A stretch of DNA of 64,000 bases from Octopus sinensis. Its lineage: Eukaryota. Numbering within the stretch: position 1 is the stretch's first letter; every line of letters starts with the position of its first letter. A program made the translations under genes and the position numbers. Below, piece after piece: positions 1 to 14,045 of this stretch. The notes under the pieces were generated by a model that saw only the letters and a list, made by a program, of their open reading frames with translations, ran no database searches and was not told the DNA's origin. Location: the NCBI RefSeq assembly GCF_006345805.1, contig NC_043005.1, positions 40,362,001-40,426,000 on the forward strand. Reading direction: 5' to 3'.

Positions 1-1211
1 ACTTTCTCTTTTCTTCTGTCAAAATATAACTCGCTACCTCTTCTTCTCTTCACTGTTAAAGATAATGAAAATAGAAAAAAATCGATCGTATTTAAACCTA
101 ATTTTAATTTTAACTTTAAATGGCTCCGAGGCTTTCCTCTCCCTGCCTCTATCTCTTCGCACCTTTCCCCACTGTTAAAAGCGAAAAAACAAAAGCTACA
201 CAAATAAACAAAAAATCCCGAAAAGAAATCGATCGCATTTAATTCTTATAACTTTCAAATGATATAGATTAATTTCAAGTTCTCAAGTTATGTTGTATTG
301 ACGAGCCCAGAATGAGGGAGAAACGGCGTTATCTAAAACTGCTACAACTACAGGAATATCCAATAAATGGATTTTATGAAAATATGGAAACATCATATAC
401 CCTTTCACTAATAGGAAAAAGATCTTTCATGATGAGAAGAAAAAGAAAAGATAAAATATAAACCATGAAGCGGCTCCCTCCCCTTAAGGATAATGTATAC
501 TCACTCTGTCATCTCATAGTCTCTCTCTCTCTTTCTCTCTCTCTCTCTTTCTCTCATTTCCTCTCTTGCTCCATAAGCAAAAATAAGTAGCAGCAGCTGT
601 AGTTCCCAGTCAAGTAGCCACAGTTGTGTGACAATTTTGAGAGAAATTCATGATGGATTCTACAGGTTTATGATTCTATTGGTTATCTTAGGTGACGTAG
701 TATTAAATGCTATCAAAGCACCAACTATTTTCGTTATTTTCAGGGCCTTATCTTCAGACAGAATGCTGGCAGGATGCTGGCGGCACTTTAGTGGAAGGTT
801 GCGGCATAGTATGTTCAACGATATCAGTTTCATGTGTTAGGAACAGCACATGGTGGGAAGGGATGTTGGCCCGAGTCAATAGCTTAATCACCGATCGGTG
901 TAGTCTGAATACATGCGAGGCAACGATCTTTACGTGTGAGTGACGTAATTTGATGGTATTGAGTTACAATTGTAGTTGCATGATTAACTACTGTGGGCTT
1001 TAGTTTATACGGTCCAGTACACACTCGCACATGCATACATGCATGCGTATGTGTGTGTATGTATGTGAATGTGTGCGTGCGTGTGCGAGCGATATACATG
1101 CATACAAACATATGTATCTATGTAGGTGGGTAGGTGGGAATGTCCTATTAGCAAATGAAATGTGTGATGGTAATTAAATAATGCCAAAAAATTTTCCAGA
1201 TTCCTGTTTTG

Positions 1212-1242
<31 letters not shown>

Positions 1243-1250
<8 letters not shown>

Positions 1251-1538
1251 AATTATTAGAGAGTCATCCACTATGTGGATAACTCTAGTGCTAAAATAGC
1301 TCCGAAGCAACCACAGAAGATCCGTTCCAACTAGAATCAACACACATTTAACTGAAGGAAAGTGAAATACAACGAATAAAATAGATTGACTTTAATCTAT
1401 TTTATTCGTTGTATTTCACTTTCCTTCAGTTAAATGTGTGTTGATTCTAGTTGGAAACGATCTTCTGTGGTTGCTTCGGAGCTATTTTTAGCACTAGAGT
1501 TATCCACATAGTGGATGACTCTCTAATATTTATGTATA
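1243..1538. mobile_element. Long near-perfect palindrome (foldback/MITE-like) at a (TA)n tract
   Basis: 1243-1387 is the reverse complement of 1394-1538 (about 4 differences); 6-nt loop GACTTT; left end abuts (TA)n. Confidence 0.85.
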
Positions 1539-1836
1539 AATTTGTATTTCCTCCGTAGTTTTTTGTGCTAAGCCACTTGGTGTTAAATTGACGGTATTAT
1601 TAAATTAATATCGATTTTTCACCCTCATTATAATTATAATATATATATATATATATGTGTGTGAGTGTTTTTGCTTTTGTTTGTCCACCACCACTTCTTA
1701 CAATTAGTGTTGGTGTATTTACGTCTCAGTAACTTATATATACATATATGTGTGTGCATGTGTATGTGTATTTATGTGTGTGTATGTATATATATGCATA
1801 TATATGTATGTATATATATATATATATATAATATAT

Positions 1837-1867
<31 letters not shown>

Positions 1868-1989
1868 GTATATAAACATATATATATATATAAACATATA
1901 TATATATATATGTATATATGCGTGAATGCATATAGCCACACACACACACACAAACATACACATGTATTTATGTATTCTTTTATTCTTTT

Positions 1990-2455
1990 ATTGATTTCGG
2001 TCAGAGGCTGGGGCCATGCTGAAGCACTGCCTGTCAGTATTTTTGGGTCCCCTTTCGGTATAGCTTGTGGTAAAGAAGCGAGTTGGACGAAGCTGTTTTT
2101 ATTTTGTGCCTCCTACCGTGATGTGGGCTCATCTGGTATTTCAGATAGAAATTTGTCCAGGCGTTTTTTTAACGTTTCCATATCTTTCTGATCTCGTAGA
2201 TTCCTTGGAACGACGTTAAACAGTTGTGGCTTCCTGAAACCCAAGCTATTGCAATACTGGGTTCTTATCTGAGATGAAGAAGACGGTATCTTTGGTATTA
2301 TGCAGTATCGTCCAGTTCGGTGCTTCGTATATCTTTTAATTCCAAAGTTGGGAGCTAGACCTTCCAGTATCTCCCATATGTATATCACTGCATATCTTTC
2401 TCGCCTTCTCACCAGGGAGTAGAGCTTTTATTCTTGTGGCTTCTCTCAGTAGCTC
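1990..2455 (-). mobile_element. L2/CR1-group LINE, 3' end of ORF2 plus 3' UTR
   Basis: Minus translation SY*EKPQE*KLYSLVRRRERYAVIYIWEILEGLAPN...QLFNVVPRNLRD...KKRLDKFLSEIPDEP matches the typical L2/CR1-group C-terminus. Confidence 0.85.
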
Positions 2456-2804
2456 ATCTATTTCACCGAATCAATATATATACACATGTCTACATATAAA
2501 TACATAGACACACTCAGACATGCACACACAAACAGACAGAGGTACACACATGCATGCATACATACATACATGCATACATACATACATGTGTATGCGCACA
2601 CACACTGACCCACACACTGACCCACACACACGCGCACGAACAAACAAAAATAACGCAGCTCGTATAACGGACAGCGTCAACGACTATTGAAAAGGTTGCC
2701 AGACGCAACGAAAATTTCAAGAAACATAAATAAATGAGTAAAAGCTTTACCGGTGAGTGTGTTAAATAATAAGGCACTAAGAGAGAATGACTCTCCCCAG
2801 ATAC

Positions 2805-2829
2805 AACGATATATATATATATATGTATG

Positions 2830-2863
<34 letters not shown>

Positions 2864-2933
2864 TGCATGTATGTATGTTTGTATGCATATACGTATATAT
2901 ATATACATATATACGTGTATATATATATATATG

Positions 2934-2981
<48 letters not shown>

Positions 2982-3067
2982 ATATATATATATACATACA
3001 TATATATACATATATGTAAATATATAGATATATACACACATATATATGTATATATATATATATAATA

Positions 3068-3099
<32 letters not shown>

Positions 3100-3114
3100 G
3101 TATATACATATATG

Positions 3115-3146
<32 letters not shown>

Positions 3147-3165
3147 TACTTACATATATACATAT
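2805..3165. repeat. Compound (TA)n/(TATG)n/(CATA)n microsatellite
   Basis: Visible tandem repeats. Confidence 0.95.
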
Positions 3166-3584
3166 GTATTATGTGGCAAGGCTTCAAAAGTAGAATCGTA
3201 CTCCAGTACCCGCGAGAGTAAAGTCAATGTTATAATAAAAACCACAAGTCCTGTGAAATACAGCTATCCATGATTTTATGGTCGAAACGTGTGCCATTTT
3301 TCAAGCTAAAAACAAGACCATCTCTCAGTTGCTTTTTAAGCAGATGATGTTTGAACAAGGAACACTGGGAAGATAACCAACGTTACAATAAACAAAGTCA
3401 AAGAGCCATAAACAAGATATTAATAGTTTACGATGTGTCTGGTGACATATTTTTAAATTCTGCCAAAATATATTTCTTAAAATGAGGACATAAAAGGAAA
3501 AAATCTGGTTTCTGGAATTTACGTAGTAGTTGGTCGCTCTCGTATTCTTTAAGAGATGGTTTTTAAGAAGATATATCTAACATA

Positions 3585-4459
3585 CGAGGTCTGATCAATA
3601 AGTACTATCAGGACTATTGCCACAGTAATGAAACTATAAGCATGCAGAGTAAAGCCAGTTGGCAAAGATTGACCTTGAACGCTGCTGTACCTGCACACAA
3701 AGTTTTAACGTTCTAGCTTACTTTCGGTGTTTACAACAGCACTTGGAAGGAGGTGTGTAGCGTGTGATCGTCGCATTGAACATGACAGAGAAAGTTGTCA
3801 TGGCAATACCTCCTCAGAGGCCTACAGAAAGTTGCAGAAAGTGTATGGAGAGTAGTGTATGAGCCACACACAAGTGTACGAGTGGTTCAGATGTTTCCAA
3901 GATGGCCGAAAAATTGTCGATATTGACGAACGTACTGGGAGACACGCAGCCAACAAAACTGAGAAAAATATCGCAGATGTGTTTGCAGTTGTGAGGGTAA
4001 ATCGTCGAATCACCATCCGCGAATTATCAGAGGATGTGCAGATTAGTTACAGTTCAGTTTAGTCCATCATCACTGAAGATTTGGGCATGAGACACGCCTG
4101 CCGAGTATGTACCAAAACTGCTTTCAGCTTACCAAGAGGACACTCGGGTTTCAGTTGCACAAGATTTCCTTGATTGTGTCGAGAACTATGAAGACTTTTT
4201 GAAAATTTTGCATAGGCCTCTGAGCAAAATCTAAGGCAGATTCTCTGCTCAATTTTCTCTGCCATGGTCAATACGACGATCACCCGCTACACACCTTTCT
4301 TCGAAGCACTACTGTAAACAACGGAAGTAAGCTAGAACGTTAAAACTTAGTGCGCATACACAGCAAGGTTTACCGTCAATCTGTGCCAAGCGGCTTCACT
4401 ATGCGTGCTTTAGCTTCGTTACTATGGCAACAGTCCGGATACTTATTGATCAGACCACG
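3585..4459 (+). mobile_element. Mariner-derived element with TA TSD; N-terminal transposase remnant
   Basis: TA|CGAGGTCTGATCAATAAGTA...TACTTATTGATCAGACCACG|TA; remnant MSHTQVYEWFRCFQDGRKIVDIDERTGR...RRITIRELSEDVQISYSSV is a mariner HTH region. Confidence 0.9.
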
Positions 4460-4464
4460 TATTT

Positions 4465-4690
4465 TGAACCCGTCAGTATAGGGACTGGTTTTGAAAAGGA
4501 TTTTCCATTTGATGTCGTAGTTGACCACTTTCTGATTAAGACCGAAAGGGTTGTTGAATGTCTCTTATTACGTTGCCTTAAAGTCGAAAAATGGTTGTTA
4601 TATTCTGGATTTAAATTTTCTTTCTACGCCTCCGATATGACGCTTGATTTCTGTTCGACCGTTATCATAGTTCACAGATACCTTGTATAC
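4465..4690 (-). mobile_element. Penelope-like retroelement GIY-YIG endonuclease fragment
   Basis: Minus strand, frameshifted: VYKVSVNYDNG...HIGGVERKFKSR..NNHFSTLRQRNKRHSTTLS...VNYDIKWKILFKTSPY. Confidence 0.6.
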
Positions 4691-4762
4691 ACACACACAA
4701 ACACACACACACACACACACACACACGCATGCACATACACACGTACATTTGTATACACACTT

Positions 4763-4805
<43 letters not shown>

Positions 4806-4806
<1 letters not shown>

Positions 4807-5317
4807 CGTAAATCCTCGAGTATAGTCCGCCCTTGAGTATAATATGCAGGGGGTTTTTAGGGGGCTGTATCTCTGAAAATCCTAAACCTTGTGTATAATA
4901 CGCAGCCCTTCTCTAACTTGAATCGTGCGTAATTAAGCTAGCAGCACCTAGTAGAACAAACACTTCCGCGCATGCGTAATACAATAATGGTGATGTTCTT
5001 ATGAGAATGTAAATATGTTTGAAAATTGTTTTTGTTACATGTTATTCTGTGTTCTGAATACTTTTATTTTAATAAATGTTACTTACTCCAAGTTATGGAT
5101 GATTCTTTTATGACTTCATTGCTTTCAGGTTTAGCTTAAGGTATTTTCGTGCCCGACATCACAAAATGCGTCTGAATAGACATTGCCTGACAGCAAATAG
5201 AGCCTCGGACATTGCTTAGAAAATATTTTTCATTTTTAACCTCGTATATAGTACGCACTAGGGATTTTGACCTTTAAATTTTGGGAAAAAATGCGGATTA
5301 TACTCGAGGATTTACGG
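4806..5317. mobile_element. Tc1/mariner-superfamily MITE (pogo/Tigger-like termini)
   Basis: About 25-bp TIRs (T/C)CGTAAATCCTCGAGTATA(G/A)TCCGC; TA on both sides. Confidence 0.85.
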
Positions 5318-5366
5318 TATATATATATATATATATATTCGTGTGTGCGTGTGTATAATGTATATA

Positions 5367-5577
5367 CAGGGTGACCTAAAAGTAGGTTTACAGTTATTCA
5401 ACTATATCTTTCACATTCCTATATTAACAGTTTAGATCTTAATTACCAAAAATATGAAACCATTACTCTATGCTAATTTAGTTAATTGTAAGATAGAATG
5501 TTAACTGTAATAAAATATTTTAAAAGAAATTTAAAGTGCCTACGTGATAACTGTAAACCTACTTTTGGGCCACCCTG
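5367..5577. mobile_element. Tc1/mariner-type MITE, 211 bp
   Basis: TIRs CAGGGTG(A/G)CC(T/C)AAAAGTAGGTTTACAGTTAT; TA TSD at 5365-5366 and 5578-5579. Confidence 0.9.
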
Positions 5578-5594
5578 TATATATATAAAAACAG

Positions 5595-5629
<35 letters not shown>

Positions 5630-6349
5630 CATACATGCATACATACATACATACATACATACATACATACATACATACATACATACATACATACATACAT
5701 ACACACATACATACATACATATATATGTATATATATATATGTGTAGATGTATATGTATATATGACAATGCTTTATGTAACATTCATTTGTACATGTGATG
5801 AGCGTCAAAGAATGTATGTTTATGTGAATTTCATGATTGTGTGAGTAAAGAGAAATGAAGAAAAGAAGGAAAAATAAATAAAGCAATCAAACAAAAATGT
5901 GCGTTGGTCTGCTTCTGTCTGTCTGTCTGTCTGTATGTATGTAAGTGGGTAGGTAAATAGGTAGGTAGGTATGTATGCATGTTTGTATGTGTGTGTGTGT
6001 GTTTGTCTGTGTGTGCATGTGTGTGTTATGTATATGTGTTAATTGAGGTTGCTCTCATTGAAGGTTATCTGATATGATAATGGTAATTAACCAATCCTTA
6101 ACTACCCATATCATCATCATGCCACCACCAAGACTGTCGCTGCCACCGATTCCCCCTCCACCCCGACCACTGCCATTATCTCTATCATCACCATCACCGC
6201 CGGATAAGAGCCACTAACTGCAACTACAACAACAAGAATCGCCTTGCCCACCACCACCACCACCAACAAACAAGGGAGCCTTACGTGGTCACTCAACTTG
6301 CTAGAAATAAGAGTCAAATCATCTTCAAATTAAACGCTCACTGTCTTGA

Positions 6350-6520
6350 AAATAATAGGCAATTGTTTCAATGACAGAAGGCCAGAGATTCTAGAGGAGG
6401 TAGGAAGGTCAATTACGTAGATCCCAGTACTCAACAGGTACTTATTTTATCGACTTTGAAAGGATGAAAAGTAAAACTAACCTCGGTGGAATTTGAAGTC
6501 AGGATGTAGAGAGCCCAGTA
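6350..6520 (-). mobile_element. Degenerate SINE family B fragment
   Basis: Similar to the reverse complement of the intact copy at 41914 (TACTTATTTTATCGAC..GAAAGGATGAAAAG). Confidence 0.6.
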
Positions 6521-6900
6521 CTTTACCAATATTTCATTTTAACAACTCAAAAAAAAAAAAAAAGGTGAATTTGAACTTAGAAGACAAAGGGGCAAAAGAA
6601 ATGCTGCGAGAAATTTCTCTAACGTTCTAACGATTCTACTAACAACCGCCTTGTTTTTGGTCTAAATAACAGCAGCAACAATTTTTCAGCAACGAAAATC
6701 CGACGAACGCACAACACGTCCGTCCTCTAGGCGCAACAGTCGTGAACTAACGCAGCTTACGGGCGCATAAATTTTCACGCATTTATAAGAAGGCTGGCAT
6801 CACCTCCCATCCAAAGGATTTTGCCTACGAGGCATTAAGTTTGGTGTGAAAAATAAAGTCGGATACTTTTCCTTTTGAATGCATCTTGTATATATATATA

Positions 6901-7034
6901 TAATCAAAATAAGCAACAAGAATGACTCCGGTAATTTGGTACGATCGTTTCGTACTAAACCATTTAATAAAATGATGTAGTACGAAACGATCGTACCAAA
7001 TTACCGGAGTCATTCTTGTTGCTTATTTTGATTA
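6901..7034. mobile_element. 134-bp perfect palindrome in a TA context
   Basis: 6901-6957 is the exact reverse complement of 6978-7034; 20-nt spacer. Confidence 0.85.
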
Positions 7035-7410
<376 letters not shown>

Positions 7411-7549
7411 CAGGTTGCGATGGGTAACTTGTTGCCATTTTATATTCTTAATTTCGTGCATGCACATTGTTTTTGATTTTGTCGACTACACAGTATAATA
7501 GAGTTAGTGGGGCATCGTCTGTGAGAAAAACAGCACCATAACCTGGAGG

Positions 7550-8031
7550 AGGTAGTGCTTCCTTGAGTCAGGAGGGTGGCTGCTGGATGACCCTCTGTCA
7601 GTAACAGGACTCTGCACTATACCACACAAATAGGAGAACCCAGTCATGGCTGTCAGAAAATTTCTGCGACTACATCACTCCAACATCTGGCCACCTAATT
7701 TCCCAGACTGCAACCCCCTTGATTATTATGTGCGGGATGTAGTTGAGCGGGAGACCAACAAAATTCCTTGTAACACCAAAGATGAACTGAAAGCAAGGAT
7801 TATGGCAGCATTCACCAACTTAAACTAGGAGACCGTCCAGAAGAGTTGCAGGAGATTCCGAAGTCGTCCGGAGGCCGTGGTTGAAGCCAATGGCAATTTT
7901 ATTGAATATATTTACGCTTTAGTATTCAAGATATTTTTATGTAATTTTGGTAAGTATTTCTGTTAAAGTGAGATGTCAGTGTAATTTTCATTTTTGCGTA
8001 AGTTAGACGACAGTTTATTCACCACACCCTG
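7550..8031 (+). mobile_element. DD37D (maT-type) Tc1/mariner transposon, 3' half
   Basis: LEEVVLP*VRRVAAG...QDSALYHTNRRTQSWLSENFCDYITP/NIWPPNFPDCNPLDYY, 37 residues between the 2nd and 3rd D after frameshift repair; ends CACCACACCCTG. Confidence 0.85.
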
Positions 8032-8070
8032 TGTGTGTGTATGTGTGTGTACACACACAAATAATATGGG

Positions 8071-8104
<34 letters not shown>

Positions 8105-8424
8105 ATATGGGTCGCTTATTAGCAATTTAATAACCTAAAGGCAAATCTATAGACGTGACAGAGGGTACTAGGTATTACCAGCATTGCTAGATAATTCTAG
8201 TTTTCACTTTTACCGTTGTTGAAATCAGCATATGAGTTCAACGGATTTCTTATAAGTTGACTGGGTGAGCTGAGTTTAATCCTAGGCGCGGAAGATGTAG
8301 AGAATTAAGGTAATCTACATCAAAATTCGAAATCACCAGTGATCTGGCTGTTTCCGCTAGGGGGCTTGTCTCCCTTGTCAGTGATTAAGAGTGTACTTAT
8401 GTGGCTATTGAATTGTTTTGATTC

Positions 8425-9298
8425 TTGCTCCTATCTTTTCTCGCCCTTGTCATCTCTCTCAGGAGAAAATGAAAGCGGCCAAGGCAGATTTCAATCATAT
8501 GTTACAATTGGGGATCATTCACCCTTCTTCTGGTCCATGGACATCTCCATTACACATGGTCTTGAAACGCTCTGGAGATTGGTGTCCAACTGGAGACTTT
8601 AGACGTTTGAATTCGATCACCGTGCCGGATCGATATCCGTTCCTCACATTCAAGATTTTGGTTCTTGTTTACACGGATGTACCATATTTTCGAAATTGGA
8701 TCTGGTCAAAACTTAAATAAAAAACACAAAGACTGTCGTGACTACTCCTTTTGGAGCTTTTGAATTTTTAACTTTGCCGTTCGGGTAACGAAATGCTGCA
8801 GGTCCCTTCCAGCGTTTCATGGATGAGGTCGTTCGCGATTTTGACTTCGTATACTCCTATACTGACGACATTCTTTGCGAATACTTCACCGGAAGAACAT
8901 ATCACTCACCTCCGCCTACTTTTTGAGCGATTTAGGGAGTACCAAGTTTGCATTAACCCCGCGAAGTGTGTTTTGGTGCGTCTTTACTTGTCTTTTTGGG
9001 CCACATCATAAACGCTAACGGAATAGCACTACTTCCAGATAAAGTGAAAGCTCTACAGGATATTCCTCCACCTACTTCTTTGCGGCAGCTTCGACAGTTC
9101 CTTAGTCTTCTTCATTATCATCGCCGTTTTACTCCACATTCTGCAGACTTCCTGTCTCCTCTATCCAATCTCTTACAGAATAGAAAAAAAGGACGAGCCT
9201 ATTTCTCTCAACCCGGTTCATTTTGAGGCATTTACCAAAGTTAAGCAGGCGCTGGCTCGCGCTTCTATTCTCGCATATCCTGTGTTTGATACCCAGCT
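8425..9298 (+). mobile_element. Ty3/Gypsy LTR retrotransposon pol (RT) pseudogene fragment
   Basis: [39 protein letters not shown]; FVYSYTDDIL; FLGHIINANGI..PDKVKAL..PPPTSLRQLRQFL; frameshifts and stops; no LTR seen. Confidence 0.92.
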
Positions 9299-10414
9299 TG
9301 TATGTATGTGTGTATGTGTCTATGTATGTATGCATCTATGTATGCATGCATGTGTGTGTGAGTATGTGTATGTTTGTGTGTGTCTGTGTATTTCTCTGTC
9401 CAAACATTGTGTCTTCTCTGTGGTGCTTCAATTTTTACAGAGGTTTTAACAGGAACATTCCGCCTGATTATTTCATATTATGAGTGATTAATATACATGT
9501 TGCAGGTCCAAGCTCTGGTCATCTATGTGACTGTCACTTTAACAACAGCCATATATAACTTTTTACTGAGAAAAAGGAGTTTTTTCTGTGTATGTATCTC
9601 CGGTTATAGGTCAAGGAATACTTTCAGAGAAGCTCATTTTCTATCTTCATGATGGTTTCACTTTACCGCGTGATGTTATATAGACGTAATTAATTCATGG
9701 ACGCCCTTTAAGACTTGATGATTAGAAGAAGTTGTCAAAAGGCTGAATGTCATAATATATAGTTTTGTTTCTTGTCTTTTACTGTCCCGAAAATTTGATA
9801 CTTTATTTTTCTATTTGTGATGGTGAGAAGAACTGTTTATTATGTGCGATACATAGATCAATGTTATGTTTAGAAATATTGAAAAATAGAAGAACAATTT
9901 TAGAGAACGTATATAACGGTTCAAATAATTGTAATGGTATACGGTAATTAATTGTTATGTAAATACATGATAAAAACGGACAGTTTAAAAAGATTAATGG
10001 TAATGCATGTGATGAGGGGCGCTTGCAACCATTCATAACCCCATTGTTATATAATCATCTCAATCATATTTGTTCTATGTATTGTCCCCTCTATGGTGTC
10101 CTGTCTGTCTTTGTTCGTCCCCATCTATATCGAGCCCTTGTGGCTAATAAAGAAATCAATGATATTTTTCGTTTTCCGAATCCACGATGGCATATGTGAA
10201 TGGTCAGCTTTACTTGCAAGGCAACATAGTGACTGAAATTGTCTTCTAAAAGTATGATGCTTTTACAAACATCTGCCGACTGTCCCCACCTTTTGAAATT
10301 AAATTACAATCGTCAACCCCACTTTTTTAGGTTTAACAAATCTTGCTTTCTTGCAAGATTATTTTTTTCGGGAAATAATTTCGCTCTGACCTAAATTCGT
10401 GCTATTATCTTTCA

Positions 10415-10795
10415 TTTTTTATTTGTTTCACATAGACTGCGGCGATGCTGGGGCACCGCCTTGAGGAATTATAGCCGAACTAATCCACCCTAGTAGTTAT
10501 TTTCTTTTTAAGCTTGGTACTAATTCTAGTGTTCACTTTTACCGAACCGCAAAGTTACAGAGACATATGCACATCGAGTCCGGTTGTCAGTCGGTGGTGG
10601 GGGACAAACACGCACGCACGCACACGCATACGCACACAGGGGGCTTCTTTCCGCTTCCGTCTAATAAATCTACTCACAAGTTTTTGGTCAGTCTGAGGCT
10701 ATAGGAGAAGACGCCCAAGGTACCACACGGTGGGACTGAACCTGGGACCGAGTGGTTGGCAAGCAAACTTCTTACCACATAGCCGCCGCCTGCGC
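10415..10795 (-). mobile_element. tRNA-derived SINE family A
   Basis: Reverse complement of the copy at 14447; head GCGCAGGCGGCGGCTATGTGGTAAG...GGTTCAGTCCCAC. Confidence 0.8.
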
Positions 10796-11147
10796 TTTTA
10801 AAAATGATCGCTGCTGGCAGGATTCGAATGGTATTTTTTATAGCAATTACGTAAATCATTATCATGTTCATAACTTGAAGACAGTTTACTTCATGGTTTC
10901 TATTTCTCCTATGACGACTAATTATAAAATCCTGTTTTCCTTTTTTCTCGTAGCTTACTTCCGTTCTTCACTTGTTAATATGTGTGCTTGCGCGCTCTCG
11001 TGGGTGTATGTGAAGCAGGATAAAATGTGACGTTAATTGAAAGATAAATTGCTTGACGTGAAGCTTAATGACCCTTAAGGATGGACTAGGAACTGGGTGC
11101 GATTCTATGCAGTCACTCAAAGATGGTCTTTGATATTTCTTATATTC

Positions 11148-11335
<188 letters not shown>

Positions 11336-12994
11336 CACATTTAGGAATACAGAAGAATGCTGTTGCATACGTGGACACCATGGCAGGAATAATTAAAAAA
11401 TAGAAGAATAATTGCAACAATCAGCTTGGATACCTCATAGTTAAGTAGCAGTTAACCTCCCATACGGGTGAGAAAAATAATTAGTTTAAAGACTAATTCA
11501 AGTCAAAAAAGTATGGGAGACAACTGTGAAATTTAAATTATACAGGGACAGGGGTATGTAATGTGAAGTGAATGTTTTGACCTTGGATCATCTGGTGAAA
11601 ATGGACCTGTTTCAGTGTTATTAAACATCCTCAGTGGCGTATGATTTAGTTAGTAATTGCTAGACCGTAAATTGAATTGACAATTCCTTTGGAGGATAAT
11701 TATTGAGAGCATTATAGAAAAGGTGTGTTGAAATAAAAGAGCCTTAGGGTGTTGTCTTTTATCTGCATCGTCTTTATACACAAAAGCCTTTTCGATTGGT
11801 GGATATCATTGGTGTTAATTCTCTTGATAGATGTTTTTAGATTTAAAACTACCCCAATTCAACCAAGTGACAAACAATTTGTCAACCAATTCAAAGGATA
11901 ATGTCAGTTAATAGAAGCTTTCCAACTCGATATATTTTCAGACCCTACGGACATGTCATTAAGAACGAGGTTCTACTTCGCAGTATTCTTGGGGTAGGCG
12001 GGTGGGTGATGCACGATTTAGTGTCTAAACAACACCTGCATCTTATAAGATCAATAAACGTCTATTGGTTTTACCAGTTGTCTTTAAGCGAAAGATTCGC
12101 TACCACCTGGTACCTAGGGTGTCTTTAGCGGAATCAACTGTGGCAAGCATCCAGGTAGTAGCTAAAAGGAAACCAAACAAAAAAGAATTCGATTGATATT
12201 AGTCGACAAAAACTCCTCTTTGGACTGCTTAAAAATCTAAAGAGAAAAACTATCAAGAAAAGGAGTTAGCTTTAACGATATCAACCAACCGAAAAAATAT
12301 TTTTACAAATAAAAACGATAAGAGCGAAAAGCTAAGGTTCTCTTGTTTCCACTTTGATGGTATTTTCCTCCCTCATTCTCAGCAGCTTCAGCAGCCCCTG
12401 CGTTACGTTTCTTTTTAAATTCATGACTAATATTAAAATACATAAACGGCATTATCTTTACTTTCTAAATATCTCCATTAGCTGATATTACTGAAATTAT
12501 AACTGAATTTATCTTCCTTTATTGTTCCTAGAGGGAGTTTTTTTCTTTTAGCCTAATAATTACATGGACAATCTCAATTGATCGAAGGAGTTGATCTCAC
12601 TATATTCCTAATGTGACACCCTTCTGTATGTGTATCTAATACCCCGCACGTTTCTCTGATGTATATTTCCTCAGCTCTCTTCTAACGATCGCTTCTACGT
12701 TTTGTCACCTGGCTTTTAAGACAAGATCCGCTCCTATCTGCACTGTCTTTGATTAGCTCATATTATTGGAATTATCTCACTTGGGTTTTGTCTTTAAAAT
12801 TTTAAGCCCATTTAGAGGGAGTTCTTGTCTACTAATTGCATGGACAGCCTCAGATATCCGAAGATTTTCGACTCATTATATCATGTTTTTGAGGCTATTG
12901 CAGATGAAAGGTAAATTTGACTCAGACAGAATTTGAAATAAGGATGTAAAGAGACGTAGTCAAACACCTCAAGATGTCGAGGTGGAGGACTGAA

Positions 12995-13590
12995 AAAGAG
13001 AGAATCTGTGAAGTAAAATGTGAAGGAAATGGGAAAGTTTGAGAAATAATGAAGGAAAATGGGAAAACGAATTAAAAAAATAAGAAAATATATAAAGGAT
13101 GTAAACTAGAAGCAATGAACAACGAGTGAAAGACAAAAATAAAGAATGAAAGAAAGATATAAAGAATAAAAGACGAAAATGAATGAAACAAAGAAAGAAC
13201 GGATGAAAGAAAGAATGAAATGAAAAGAGATAGGAAAAATAAAATGAATGGAAAAGCAGACGGAAAGAAAGAGTAGAAAGAAGAAAGAAGAAAGGAAGAA
13301 AGCATTGAAAGAAGAAAGGAAGAAAGCATTCAAAGAAGAAAGAAGAAAGAAAGAAAACAGAAACAGAAGGAAAAACTGAAATATCAAAGCTGCTAGAAAA
13401 AATAAAGATGTCTGAAATGACCAAGAGCGAACACAAATGAGAAAGATAAGGAGAAAAGAAGGAAAGAAGGAAAAAAGTAAGAATGTGCGAAGAATTAAAA
13501 GTATGTTGTGGCGGATAGGGAGAGAATGGGAAAAATAAATAAAATGAGAAAAAAAAAAAAAATTAAAGGAGGAAGAGAGAAACGAAAGTG
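12995..13590. repeat. Purine-rich degenerate (GAAA)n low-complexity tract
   Basis: About 600 bp dominated by A and G on the plus strand. Confidence 0.85.
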
Positions 13591-13804
13591 TCAAATGAAC
13601 AAGGATTGCCATATATGGGAGAAACTGATTCCGGCATTGTTCTCTGGGTTGTGGTTTGAGACATTAACCAGGCCACTCAGATGGAATGTAAGAAAGGTGT
13701 GTAAAGGATGAAATATTAATCTAATGAAGTGAAAATGGGAGAAGGAGATGTAATTTTTTCTTATTGTCTTTTATATCCTGGATCACACGAAACCACACCA
13801 CACT

Positions 13805-13807
<3 letters not shown>

Positions 13808-13844
<37 letters not shown>

Positions 13845-13848
13845 TATA

Positions 13849-13889
<41 letters not shown>

Positions 13890-13978
13890 ATATATAGATA
13901 TATATATATATATGTATATATATATATTATATCTATATATATATATATATATATGTATTATATATATTAGATATATAG

Positions 13979-14045
<67 letters not shown>

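Noticed and set aside
30-245. Imperfect direct repeat (CACTGTTAAA...AAATCGATCG)
   Set aside because: Short, AT-rich and cut by the window edge; not interpretable
628-943. Overlapping 70-78 aa ORFs; weak WPES..SPI.VV similarity to a Tc1 C-terminus
   Set aside because: Motif spacing does not fit and there are several stops; no family can be assigned
9835-9900. YVRYIDQ, resembling an RT YxDD motif
   Set aside because: No supporting RT motifs on either side; likely chance
11600-11900. Possible Penelope RT remnant on the minus strand
   Set aside because: Similarity needs multiple frameshifts and has no diagnostic motif
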